This document shows positions 37,441 through 47,066 of a stretch of 64,000 nt of DNA, one piece after another; the stretch's first letter is position 1; the number at the start of each line of letters is the position of its first letter. The position numbers and the translations under genes are program-made. The DNA comes from Candidatus Shapirobacteria bacterium (lineage in GTDB: Bacteria; Patescibacteriota; Microgenomatia; UBA12405): positions 64,013-128,012 of the forward strand of contig JACPHO010000002.1 in assembly GCA_016188545.1 (NCBI GenBank), in the 5' to 3' direction. The notes beneath the pieces are model-generated. The model was given only the letters and a program-made list of their open reading frames with translations. It had not been told where the DNA came from and did not search any database.

Positions 37441-38652
37441 ATGTTGAGGAAATCACTGGAAAATACGGCGGTGCAAATTATAGGGAAGGCGGTGATGGTA
37501 ATAATCAGCCTGGTGACAACTGGAATACTGACTAGAAAGCTGGGTGCAACTGGTTACGGAGGTTTTGTATTAATTTCATCGTTGTTTGTATTTTTGGACT
37601 CATTGGCCGATTTTGGAACAAAGACGATAGGAGTTAGAGAAGTGTCTAGGAGTCCGGAAAAAGACTTGATGGGACACATTTTTAACCTGAGGATGACAAT
37701 GACTACGATTTCCTTCATTTTGGGGTTGTTGGTGGTGTGGGGTTGGGATGGACTTGCCCATTTTAGGTGGGAAGCGACAGTGGCACTAATGATGATTTTT
37801 CTAACATCCGTAGGTGGATTTATGGAAATAATCTTTCAAAGTAGATTGAGAATGGAACTGAAGGTGCTGATGGATATCACCTTTCCCCTCACCTTTCTAA
37901 TTGGATTATGGAAATGGAGTGGTGAAATTACTCTGCTGTGGGTGATGACGGCTTATGTAGTCGCTCGTGCGGTAAGCTTAATGGTCGGGTGGTGGTTGGT
38001 ATCAGGAATAGAAAAAGTTGAGTTTAGGAAGTTGAATTGGACCAAGGTTAAAACAATTTGGGATTCATCATGGCCAATGGGACTTTTTTTGATTATTTTT
38101 GCGACCTATGACAAGGCAGTTGATTCACTACTTATCCAACATTTTTTGGGACCACTGGAGGTGGCTTATTATGGACTGGCTTACAAAATTCATGGAGTAA
38201 TGTTGCAACCGGCTTATTACTTTGTGAACAGTATTTTTCCGATACTATCGAATCGGGAAAGTAAAACACCTGGACTAATGAGAACATCATTGGTAATACT
38301 CCTCGTCATGGTAGCTGGGGCAATGATGGTGGTGTGGATGTTGGCGCCGTGGATGATATATGTGTTGGGTGGAGCTGAATTTGCTCCATCTGTGGGGATA
38401 TTGAGAACACTGATGTGGGCAATGTTGTTTTCGTACGTGGGACATCTAGTTGGATTTGCGCTGATCGCTGACGGTGGGCAGAAGGAAATGTTGAAACTGG
38501 GAATAGTGGCCTTGGTGGTGAACCTGAGTTTGAATATGCTACTAATCCCCCGCTTTGGGGTTTTGGCGGCAGCATGGGTAACTGTTTTTACAGAGATGGT
38601 TGATATGGGGATGATGATTTGGTTTTGGAAGAATAGAAATAGAGCGCAGTAA
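37441..38652 (+). CDS. MOP-superfamily polysaccharide flippase (Wzx / Polysacc_synt-like)
   Basis: N-terminus SLENTAVQIIGKAVMVIISLVTTGILTRKLGATGYGGFVLISSLFVFLDSLADFGTKTIGVREVS is typical of Wzx-family proteins. 12-TM topology. Confidence 0.6.
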   Translation: MLRKSLENTAVQIIGKAVMVIISLVTTGILTRKLGATGYGGFVLISSLFVFLDSLADFGTKTIGVREVSRSPEKDLMGHIFNLRMTMTTISFILGLLVVWGWDGLAHFRWEATVALMMIFLTSVGGFMEIIFQSRLRMELKVLMDITFPLTFLIGLWKWSGEITLLWVMTAYVVARAVSLMVGWWLVSGIEKVEFRKLNWTKVKTIWDSSWPMGLFLIIFATYDKAVDSLLIQHFLGPLEVAYYGLAYKIHGVMLQPAYYFVNSIFPILSNRESKTPGLMRTSLVILLVMVAGAMMVVWMLAPWMIYVLGGAEFAPSVGILRTLMWAMLFSYVGHLVGFALIADGGQKEMLKLGIVALVVNLSLNMLLIPRFGVLAAAWVTVFTEMVDMGMMIWFWKNRNRAQ

Positions 38653-38988
38653 CAAGTAACTAGAAATTAGTAACCAGTAACAAGAATAAAACAGTGAATT
38701 TGGATTAGGATGCTTCGGAAAGAGTTTTTTTGTGAGGTTTTTTGATATATAAATCGCTTGGGAGTTGGGACATTTTTTTCTTATTAAAAACGTGGAAAAA
38801 TGGCTGTTCGGACAATTTTTGCAGGCATAAACAAAGCCGTATATCCCCTTATTGGGTACTGACAATTTATAAAGTTAACAGTGCACGTCATTACGTTTTT
38901 TCACGTTTCAAACCCCAATTCTAACATCTTGATACAGTCTATTGACCAATAACCGCATAATAACCGATTATTAACCGCCATCCTTCGC

Positions 38989-41900
38989 TTGCTCAGCTAC
39001 GGACTGGTAAATACTATTAAGTTTGAGTTAGTTAAATTAGAATTAGGAATGCGCGATGGATTACCGGTGGCTTTAGTAAACGGATTGGGGCTTTTGGGGA
39101 CTTCTGGTTTGGTGGAAAAACTGAGCGAAAACGAGATGAAAGTAGTTGCTGTTGGTGAGTTTGAGTCGAGGTTGACAACAATGCCTTCGGTGGTTGTAAA
39201 AGGAGAAATACCAACTGACCTGAAGGGAGTAGATTATGTTTTTGACTTTATCGGAGAGCCAAGATTGTGGACAAAGTTAGTTGGGAGTGAGACTAGATTG
39301 ATGGTAATCGGTGTTAATGGGGAGGATGTGGCGGATTTGAGGGAGCTAGGGGGGAGTGTTAACTGGAGAGTGTTAAGGGCGCACGGGGTGTCAGGAAGGG
39401 GAAGAAATCTAAGTGCGTTAAACCAAGAGGTGGGTTTTTTGGTTCGAGCAATGGAACTGGCGGTAAAAAACCAAAACTTAGTACTGCCGGCAAGAAAATC
39501 CAACATAAGACTTTTAGGTGAACCGTCGTTTGTGGATGTAATGATGAGAGGGATGTTTTTGTCTAACACTCAGAATAATATTTTTGATGTTTGGGGTGAA
39601 GTTGTTGAGGTAGAAGATTTGGCCAAATGGCTGATTGATGAAGCTAAAATGACTCGGAGTAAGGTGTTGGAAAGCGAGGAACAACAACCATTACCTGAAG
39701 GTGAGATGGTAGAGGCTGAGTGGGGGAGGTTGAGGTGGAAACCAGGATCGGACGTGGGCATAACGGTGGCCCAAGCGCTGCAATACTTTTTTGCTAAGGC
39801 TGATGAAGAAAGCCGGAGGCCAAAAAGTGCACCTGAGATAAAGCCGGCCAAGTTTGAGGAAAAAGTAAATGTACCAAGAAGATTTGAGGTAGTAGTTGAG
39901 TCAGCTGTGGTAAGTGGAGATATTGAAGCGGTGGTGGAACATGAGGGGAACGGAGAACTGTTAACAGAGTCAGAAGTAATTGGAGCTGAGCCTGAAACAA
40001 TAGTAGAACCTGAAGCAGAGGTGGCAAAAGTAGTGCCGACTCCTAGGGTAGAAATCCAGGAAGATAGACACGATTCGATCGCGAAAATTATGAGGGAGGA
40101 GTATGGGGAGTCGCTGAAAAAAGAAGCGGTAAAACCGATAGAAATAACCCCATTTTTGGTAAAAAATTCTAACAGCCGTTTTGTGAAGCCACAGGAGGAT
40201 GAACTTACGGAAGTGATTGAAAAAGAAGAGCCAAGACTGGCGGCAAAACCCGTGCATGAAGAAAAAAAACTGGAAATATTAGAAAAAGTTACTAATAAAA
40301 CCTTGCCTTGGAAATGGCTGGCAGCAATGGGGATATCAATAATCACCGTAACTGTTTTGTTGTTGGTTTTTTGGGGAGTTGATAATTACCGCATGGTTAG
40401 GAGTATCTATGCAATTGCTCAAATGGCAAATGAAAAGAAATATGATGAGGCTTCGACCGTGGCTGGTGCGACTATAAAGCGGGTGTTGGCTAATCAAACA
40501 ATGGTAGATAAGTGGAAGTGGAATAGATGGGTGTGGGGAAGACGATATCAGGATCTGTTGAGAGTGGCTGAACAGGGATTGAAGCTGGAAACAGAAGTGG
40601 TGACTGTGGCCAAGAGGTCGGAGACAATAAATGCAGGAATGTTTAAGGAAAAGGACATCGACTGGAAGAAGGAGCTGGAAGGACTAAAGAAAGAGATGGA
40701 AGATGTGAGAGGGACGATGTCGATGTTATCAGCCAGAATGGCTGGGGACTGGTCGTGGATCCCGAATAGATGGAGGGGGGACTTTAATAATGCAAGAACA
40801 AAAGTAACGGAAATCAACGGAGTAATAGGAAAAGTGACCAGGGCAGTTGACTTTTTACCGGAAATGTTGGGAACTGACGGGAAGAGAAGAGAGTTTATGG
40901 TTCTATTACAGAACGAAAGTGAAATTCGTCCGGGAGGTGGATTTATTGGTTCGTACGGAATATTGAGTTTTGAAAATGGAAAATTGCTCAACTTTGAGAT
41001 AAGCGATATTTATGAGGCGGATGGGCAACTGAAGGGACATGTGGAACCACCGGCAGCGATTAAAAAATATTTGGGAGAAGCAAAGTGGTACATGAGAGAT
41101 GCAAATTGGCAGGCTGATTTTGGAATGTCGGCGAAAGACATCCAGTGGTTTATGGAAAAAGAGACGGGTAGAAAAGTGGATGGTGTAATTGGAGTGGACC
41201 TGGCGGTGGCAAAAGCAATTCTGGGTGTAACTGGGGAGATCTATGTGCCGGACTTTAAAGAAAAAATTAATAAAAATAACTTATATGAACAGGCAGAATT
41301 TTATTCAGAGACAAAATTTTTCCCTGGATCAAAGCAAAAAGCCAGTTTTTTAGGTGGTTTGGGGCGACAACTGTTTGAGGAAATAAAGAATCTTAAGGGT
41401 GAGCAGAGATTAAAGATGGTACTAGCACTGGTAGACATGATGGAGAGAAATGAAATCCAAATTGCCTTGACCAATGAACCAGCGGCAAAGGTGGTGGCAG
41501 AATTGGGGTGGAATGGAGCATTGTACGAAGGAAAATGTGCGGTTGATCGCTGTTTTGCAGATTATTTGTACGTGGTGGAGGCTAACTTGGGGGTTAATAA
41601 AGCCAATTATTTTTTGTATCGAAGTATTGATCAGACGATTGATATAGGAACTCAGACTATTGGGCGGGTGGTAAAAATTAGCTACGAAAATACGGCAAAA
41701 AACAACAGCTGGCCGGGAGGTGATTATAAGAATTATGTGAGGATGTATATTCCTTCAAGCGCAAACTTAGCTGAGGTGAGCGTGACTGATATGGAGGCAA
41801 ACGGAGTAAAAACAATATTTTCTGGAGAAAGCTTGGATGTCTCAACTAGCAGAGGTAAAAAAGAAATAGGTTTTTTAGTAGTAGTACCGGCGGGGAAGAA

Positions 41901-42144
41901 GCGAATGGTGGAGGTAAGGTATGTAGATCAAGTTGATCTGACAAAAAAGGAAAAATTTTCCTATCTACACTACATTCAAAGGCAACCAGGGTATGGTGAT
42001 ACTGGCCTAGTCTCTTTGGTTACTCTACCAACTGGATGGCAAGTAAATCAGGTGGAGCCGGCGGCGAGTATGGTTGGGGAGAAATTATTGTTTAATCAAA
42101 AATTGGATAGAGATATAAAGCTAGGAGTTGAAATTTCAAAATAA
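38989..42144 (+). CDS. Large single-pass membrane protein with C-terminal DUF4012 domain
   Basis: TM helix around residue 450. Extracytoplasmic FMVLLQNESEIRPGGGFIGSYGIL…ISDIYEADGQL matches the DUF4012 core (LLqNnaElRptGGfiGsy). Cell-envelope gene context. Confidence 0.6.
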   Translation: MLSYGLVNTIKFELVKLELGMRDGLPVALVNGLGLLGTSGLVEKLSENEMKVVAVGEFESRLTTMPSVVVKGEIPTDLKGVDYVFDFIGEPRLWTKLVGSETRLMVIGVNGEDVADLRELGGSVNWRVLRAHGVSGRGRNLSALNQEVGFLVRAMELAVKNQNLVLPARKSNIRLLGEPSFVDVMMRGMFLSNTQNNIFDVWGEVVEVEDLAKWLIDEAKMTRSKVLESEEQQPLPEGEMVEAEWGRLRWKPGSDVGITVAQALQYFFAKADEESRRPKSAPEIKPAKFEEKVNVPRRFEVVVESAVVSGDIEAVVEHEGNGELLTESEVIGAEPETIVEPEAEVAKVVPTPRVEIQEDRHDSIAKIMREEYGESLKKEAVKPIEITPFLVKNSNSRFVKPQEDELTEVIEKEEPRLAAKPVHEEKKLEILEKVTNKTLPWKWLAAMGISIITVTVLLLVFWGVDNYRMVRSIYAIAQMANEKKYDEASTVAGATIKRVLANQTMVDKWKWNRWVWGRRYQDLLRVAEQGLKLETEVVTVAKRSETINAGMFKEKDIDWKKELEGLKKEMEDVRGTMSMLSARMAGDWSWIPNRWRGDFNNARTKVTEINGVIGKVTRAVDFLPEMLGTDGKRREFMVLLQNESEIRPGGGFIGSYGILSFENGKLLNFEISDIYEADGQLKGHVEPPAAIKKYLGEAKWYMRDANWQADFGMSAKDIQWFMEKETGRKVDGVIGVDLAVAKAILGVTGEIYVPDFKEKINKNNLYEQAEFYSETKFFPGSKQKASFLGGLGRQLFEEIKNLKGEQRLKMVLALVDMMERNEIQIALTNEPAAKVVAELGWNGALYEGKCAVDRCFADYLYVVEANLGVNKANYFLYRSIDQTIDIGTQTIGRVVKISYENTAKNNSWPGGDYKNYVRMYIPSSANLAEVSVTDMEANGVKTIFSGESLDVSTSRGKKEIGFLVVVPAGKKRMVEVRYVDQVDLTKKEKFSYLHYIQRQPGYGDTGLVSLVTLPTGWQVNQVEPAASMVGEKLLFNQKLDRDIKLGVEISK

Positions 42145-42164
42145 TGATCAATCTCTCGATAACA

Positions 42165-42214
42165 TTTTTTCTCGCTAGTCAATGTGCAACGCACGTTGAA
42201 GGCTTCGAAAAAAA
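42165..42214. repeat. Conserved hairpin-forming intergenic element, copy 2
   Basis: TTTTTTCTCGCTAGTCAATGTGCAACGCACGTTGAAGGCTTCGAAAAAAA. Inner stem CAATGTGC/GCACGTTG with G-U wobble. 20 nt after the DUF4012 gene stop. Confidence 0.6.
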
Positions 42215-42341
42215 CATTATCATCGAGATCGATATTATTTAAATGAAAATTTCTAACTCCTAACTTCTAAAATAAAAATTCAAAAGTAAAAAGTAAAAAC
42301 ATAGACTTGAAAATTAACTTCCAATTTCCAAACAAACAACA

Positions 42342-42662
42342 ATGACCAATGACCAAAACCTCAAAAAAAACTTCATTAGGAAGAAGGAAGATTTTGTGTG
42401 CGAGCATTGTGGAGAATTGGTGGTGGGAGATGGATATACTGATCATTGTCCAAAATGTTTGTGGGCAAAACATGTGGATCGATTAATTCCTGGGGATCGG
42501 GAAAGTGACTGCAAGGGGATGATGGAACCAATTGGGACAAAATTCAAAATTCAAAATTCAAAATTCAAAATAAATTACAGATGTAATAGATGTGGGCATG
42601 AGTTTGGAGTGAGAGAGGGGAAGGGGGATGATAGAGAGAAGTTGATGGGGCTAATGTTATAA
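42342..42662 (+). CDS. Zinc-ribbon protein (RNHCP-like Cys clusters) with in-frame (AAAATTC)n insertion
   Basis: CEHCGE…HCPKC…CNRCGH Cys/His pairs. Heptamer repeat at 42536-42568 encodes KFKIQNSKFKI, the same peptide as the trxB insertion. Confidence 0.45.
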   Translation: MTNDQNLKKNFIRKKEDFVCEHCGELVVGDGYTDHCPKCLWAKHVDRLIPGDRESDCKGMMEPIGTKFKIQNSKFKINYRCNRCGHEFGVREGKGDDREKLMGLML

Positions 42663-42672
42663 TCGGAAAAAT

Positions 42673-42918
42673 ATGACAAGATCAAGAAAGAGCACGATGA
42701 GTGAGTTGGTGGATCGTAGTCCAGGTCTGGTTTTTACAGCGACAACCAAATATTTAGTAGATGATGAGTTATCTTCTGAATTGAGGCCAAAGGCAGTGGA
42801 AATTCGTAAAAGGGCAGCTTCGAAGTTGGGAGTAGGCTGGCTTACTAATCCAGAAACATCGGCACTAGAAAGAAAAGAGAAGGGTGTAAGGTTGATTCTT
42901 GAAGACTGCGGAGTATAA
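42673..42918 (+). CDS. Small hypothetical protein (81 aa)
   Basis: More protein-like than the overlapping 112-aa minus-strand ORF. Local GC is elevated. Confidence 0.2.
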   Translation: MTRSRKSTMSELVDRSPGLVFTATTKYLVDDELSSELRPKAVEIRKRAASKLGVGWLTNPETSALERKEKGVRLILEDCGV

Positions 42919-42969
42919 ACGGTTAAATTGCGGTTATTGGATAGGGTGATTTTTTTAGAAATTTGACAG

Positions 42970-44958
42970 GTGTTCAATGGTATAATCCTACGCATGCAAA
43001 ATAAAGAGAGTATTTGGAAAAAAATTGTAAAGATACTGGGAATAGGTTCAAAGAAAGCCGAAAAAGAGAAAGATAGTGGTATACCGGATGAGGTAATGAA
43101 GAATCTGCCTCCAGGGGTGAAAATAAAGAGAATTGAAATAGGGCCGTCGCAAATAATGAAGGGGATACTTTACGTAGTAATAATTTATTGGACTCTAACA
43201 GTACTAAAACAAGTCTTCTTGCCGGAAGAAATTGTAAAAGCACCACTGTCACAAGTGGTTGAGGTAATTAAGAAAAATGAAGCGGAAGAAATAACGGTGA
43301 TGGATAATGAGATTGTTGTAAAGCTGAAAAATGAGGGGAAATTATTGGTATCGTCAAAGGAACCCTCAACTTCAATGGCGGAGTTGTTGCAAAGAGAAGG
43401 AGTCGACGTGGCTAGCGTCAAGTTTAGTGTTGAGAATAGAACTGGCTGGAAGATGTTTTTGGAAATATTTGGAACACTAATATCAATTGGGTTGCCAATA
43501 CTATTTATCATCTGGTTTTTTGGGCGACAGCAAGGAGGGGCAGGAGGAATCTTTGGCTTTGGGAAATCGACCGCCAAACTATTTATTAAAGGTAAACAAA
43601 ACTTAACATTTAAGGATGTGGCTGGGGTTACGGAAGCTAAAAAAGACCTGGAAGAAATTGTTGATTTTTTGAAACATCCGGAAAAATACAGAAAAATGGG
43701 AGCAAGGGCACCTAAGGGGGTACTGTTGGTTGGACCGGCGGGGGTGGGAAAAACACTTCTGGCCAAGGCGGTAGCGGGAGAGGCGAATGTGCCTTTTTAT
43801 GCAATGGCTGGTTCGGAATTTATGGAAATGTTGGTGGGAGTTGGAGCTTCTAGAGTTCGAGATCTGTTTGGGACTGCTAAAAAAGCAGGTAAGGCAATTA
43901 TTTTTATTGATGAAATCGACGCTATTGGGAGAATGAGAGGTGGACTTGAAGGGGGACATGGAGAAAGGGAGCAAACATTAAATCAAATTTTGGTAGAAAT
44001 GGATGGTTTTGAGGCAAATACTGCGGTAGTAGTATTGGCGGCAACTAATCGAGGAGATCTGTTGGATTCGGCATTACTTCGTCCGGGTAGATTTGATCGA
44101 AGGGTGATGTTGGAAATGCCAGACTTGGCAGCGCGTGAAGATATCATAAAGATTCATGCTAAGGGCAAACCTTTTGGTAAATCGGTCCGTTGGCCGGCAG
44201 TGGCAAGAAGAACAGTAGGGTTTTCAGGAGCTGATCTGGAAAATATGCTAAACGAGTCGGCAATTAAAGCAGCGAGGGAGAATAAAACAAAAATCGAAAT
44301 GGTAGATATTGAAGAGGCAGCCTTGAAGGCAAAACTTGGCTCGGAAAAGAAAAGGGAACAGTCTGATGAGGATAAATTAATGACGGCTTATCATGAGGCG
44401 GGACATGCAATCGTAAACTATGTGGAGGGATTGGACCCGGTTCACCGGATTTCGATCGTTTCACGAGGAATGGCACTGGGATTTACATTGATTCCACCAC
44501 AGAAAGATAGGGTTCACGAAACAAGGTCAAGATTGGTAAAACAGATGGCAATGGCAATGGGTGGAAGAGCGGCTGAAGAAATTATATTTAAAGATATTAC
44601 AACGGGAGCTAGTAGTGACATTAGTCATGTAACCAATATTGCCAGAAATATGGTGGTGGATTGGGGAATGTCAGAACTGGGACCAGTAAATTATGGACCA
44701 CAGATGGATATAAGTGAAATGGGTAGAGCGTGGATGGAGCCGGCCAAAATATCTGATGGAATGCAACAGAAAGTTGACGATGAAATTAAAAAATTCGTTA
44801 ATATCGCATTGGATAGGGCTAGAGAAATCCTTAAGAAGGAACGTAAAAAGATGGATGAGCTGGCTAAAGTGTTAATGATCAAGGAAAGCTTGGATGATGT
44901 GGAGTTTGAAGAGTTGATGTCTAAAGAAGTAAAGCCAAAAGTAAAAAGTAAAAAGTAA
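42970..44958 (+). CDS. ftsH: ATP-dependent zinc metalloprotease FtsH
   Basis: Two N-terminal TM helices. Walker A LLVGPAGVGKTLLAKA. Walker B IIFIDEIDAIG. SRH ATNRGDLLDSALLRPGRFDRRV. Zn site HEAGHAIV. C-terminal KPKVKSKK encoded by the (AAAAGT)n repeat. Confidence 0.9.
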   Translation: MFNGIILRMQNKESIWKKIVKILGIGSKKAEKEKDSGIPDEVMKNLPPGVKIKRIEIGPSQIMKGILYVVIIYWTLTVLKQVFLPEEIVKAPLSQVVEVIKKNEAEEITVMDNEIVVKLKNEGKLLVSSKEPSTSMAELLQREGVDVASVKFSVENRTGWKMFLEIFGTLISIGLPILFIIWFFGRQQGGAGGIFGFGKSTAKLFIKGKQNLTFKDVAGVTEAKKDLEEIVDFLKHPEKYRKMGARAPKGVLLVGPAGVGKTLLAKAVAGEANVPFYAMAGSEFMEMLVGVGASRVRDLFGTAKKAGKAIIFIDEIDAIGRMRGGLEGGHGEREQTLNQILVEMDGFEANTAVVVLAATNRGDLLDSALLRPGRFDRRVMLEMPDLAAREDIIKIHAKGKPFGKSVRWPAVARRTVGFSGADLENMLNESAIKAARENKTKIEMVDIEEAALKAKLGSEKKREQSDEDKLMTAYHEAGHAIVNYVEGLDPVHRISIVSRGMALGFTLIPPQKDRVHETRSRLVKQMAMAMGGRAAEEIIFKDITTGASSDISHVTNIARNMVVDWGMSELGPVNYGPQMDISEMGRAWMEPAKISDGMQQKVDDEIKKFVNIALDRAREILKKERKKMDELAKVLMIKESLDDVEFEELMSKEVKPKVKSKK

Positions 44959-45034
44959 AAAACTATTTTGCTTGTTCTTCGAGATTGATTATCCGTTGCC
45001 ATCCTGCGCTAAAGCTACGGACTGGTAAAGAGGA

Positions 45035-46726
45035 CTATGTTTGTTCCTCTAAATTAATTATGCGTTGGAGTATCGATAGTGTTCCTAAATATACAGGTTC
45101 GGCACCATTGAGCTGAAGGCTTCCGGTTCCTAAATTCTTGGCCTTGGAATAGGGAGTGTCGCTTGTGTAATTGATGATACCGACATCAAATGGTGCCTGG
45201 TGTAAATCAACAATGGAATTTCTGGGAAATTGTTGATCGTAGGTGGCTTCGGAAATAGCGGAAAGATAGGGACCTGATTCCATTTCAATAATAGTTAGAT
45301 TATTGTCGAAATATTTTTTGAGGAGGGCTTCATTTTCGAGAAATGTGCCGAGGACTGAAACAGCTTTTTGATTGGTCAAAATAGATCCTTGGTTGTTGGA
45401 AAATGGAAAAAAGGTGTTGAAACAGTTGTTAAACATGTAGGTATTTTGAGTGTGTTCGTCAAAAACCACTTTGGGCACTTCAACATCACCTAATTCTGAG
45501 TTTAGAACAGCTGCTTTTCCGAGGACGTAGACACCATTGAGCTGGTAAACGTTTTCGAGGACTTCATTGAGGATGTGATAGGCAGCAAAACCCAAGGGGT
45601 AGTCAATGTTGAAGATCAGAGCTTTGGAACGAGCAATGCGGCGACGATCTTTGATAGAAATTTGAGGAGAAAGATATTTTGATTTGACTAAGTTTTTTAG
45701 TGGAAATATCTGAACGTTAATATCAAGGATGTGAGATGAGGGAATGGTTATGACATCAAGTTGCTTTTGGAGGTCGGAATGCATTTTTTTGAGAATGGGG
45801 TCGTTGGCATAAAATTTGGAAACATAGAAGAGAAAATCAGGTTCGGGAAGGGAATTGTTGCCGGCTTGAATTTGTTGCCAGAGTTCATATAACTGGGGTC
45901 GATCTTTTTTTATTTTTGAGATGAGAATGTTTTTGGCTTTGATGGGAAATCCGGTGAAAAGATTGAGTAAACTATGGGTGTTGCTACTAACAAAGTAGAT
46001 GGAACTTTTGGACATGTGGATGGGGGATTTGGTAGTGGAGTGAGAAACAGTGGAAGCAACGTTTTTCCACCATCTTTGAACTGTTTTGGTGTAGTCAATC
46101 CATGAGCCAGCTAAGAGGCGGATGCGGAGGTCGTGAAATTTTTCATAGATAGTAAAAAAGCGTTTTTGAAAGTCTTGGCCAAGGGCGGAAGTGAAATTGG
46201 ACCAGTCTTCGGGGGTGGCGTTAAGATCCTGGGCAATTTTGCCGGATTTAACGGCGGTACGGAATTCTTTGATGGTTTTGTATTTTTCTACGAAAATAAG
46301 GTGGAGTTTGTTCCACTCAACTTGGTAGGCAATAAGGTTGTTGATGATATCGTCCACGTCAGATATTGACCCGATTAGGCTAGCGATGATTCCGGAGCTA
46401 ATATTAACAAAGTTGGTGCGGCGGCGGGCGGGGGAGGGGCATTGGGGCCAGGTGTCGATGTGAGGAAACCCATGTTGGGAAAAAACATCGGGGTTTTGGC
46501 CCATAACAACTAAATTGAGGTGATCAATTTCACTGGGGAGTCGTAATAGAGAATATACGAGGGCGGAAAAGTCGATGACTGCGGGGTTTTCACCGTAGGG
46601 ATGGAGAATTGATTCTAGTCGATTGTGAGGATTGGTAAGAGAATTGATGGTAATCTCGAGATTACTTTTGAGGGCACTGCGATAAGATCTAACGTGAAAT
46701 TCGATGTCGTTGATGGTGGCGGGCAT
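45035..46726 (-). CDS. Hypothetical 563-aa protein with C-terminal nucleoside-phosphorylase-like (PNP_UDP_1-type) region
   Basis: C-terminal GKAAVLNSELGDVEVPKVVFDEHT…LTIIEMESGPYLSAI resembles the PNP/MTA-nucleosidase Gly-rich and ME(S/A) motifs. N-terminal ~350 aa unassigned. Confidence 0.35.
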   Translation of the reverse strand: MPATINDIEFHVRSYRSALKSNLEITINSLTNPHNRLESILHPYGENPAVIDFSALVYSLLRLPSEIDHLNLVVMGQNPDVFSQHGFPHIDTWPQCPSPARRRTNFVNISSGIIASLIGSISDVDDIINNLIAYQVEWNKLHLIFVEKYKTIKEFRTAVKSGKIAQDLNATPEDWSNFTSALGQDFQKRFFTIYEKFHDLRIRLLAGSWIDYTKTVQRWWKNVASTVSHSTTKSPIHMSKSSIYFVSSNTHSLLNLFTGFPIKAKNILISKIKKDRPQLYELWQQIQAGNNSLPEPDFLFYVSKFYANDPILKKMHSDLQKQLDVITIPSSHILDINVQIFPLKNLVKSKYLSPQISIKDRRRIARSKALIFNIDYPLGFAAYHILNEVLENVYQLNGVYVLGKAAVLNSELGDVEVPKVVFDEHTQNTYMFNNCFNTFFPFSNNQGSILTNQKAVSVLGTFLENEALLKKYFDNNLTIIEMESGPYLSAISEATYDQQFPRNSIVDLHQAPFDVGIINYTSDTPYSKAKNLGTGSLQLNGAEPVYLGTLSILQRIINLEEQT

Positions 46727-46832
46727 ACCTTAGAAAAAAATTTTCAATTTTTAATTTTTAATCAATTTCCAATTTTTATATTTTAAAATTTAAAAAACAG
46801 AATGCGATTTGGTAGGTAAGATTATACAGGAT

Positions 46833-46925
46833 CGTAAAACGTAATATGTAACACGTAAAACGTAATACGTAACATGTAACACGTAATACGCAATCAGTAA
46901 AATGTAACAAGTAACAAGTAACAAG
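46833..46925. repeat. Degenerate tandem 8-mer array (GTAAYAYG / GTAACAAG) in a divergent intergenic region
   Basis: cgtaaaacgtaatatgtaacacgtaaaacgtaatacgtaacatgtaacacgtaatacg…gtaacaagtaacaagtaacaag lies between the divergently transcribed 563-aa and AAA-ATPase genes. Confidence 0.6.
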
Positions 46926-47066
46926 AAACTGGAAATTGGTTGTTTAAAAGACAAACGTGGTTAGAGAGAAAATATATAGGATCCACCTACGCAATGCTAT
47001 GGCGGACAAGTAAAATTGAAGCAGGAATAAGTTCAGACGTTTATTTTTTTTGGTGATTTTAGTACT

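Noticed and set aside
39570-40346. 258-aa minus-strand ORF, plus 39234..39569 and 39970..40257, antisense to the DUF4012 gene.
   Set aside because: Ser-rich low-complexity antisense reading of a Glu/Lys-rich coding region. No start context or motif.
42657-42995. 112-aa minus-strand ORF upstream of ftsH.
   Set aside because: Overlaps a slightly more protein-like 81-aa plus-strand ORF. Neither has a motif. Only the plus-strand one is kept, at very low confidence.
43185-43974. Minus-strand ORFs (193 and 123 aa) within ftsH, and 48027..48582 ORFs within and after the AAA-ATPase gene.
   Set aside because: Antisense to genes with unambiguous Walker/HEXXH motifs. Low-complexity translations.
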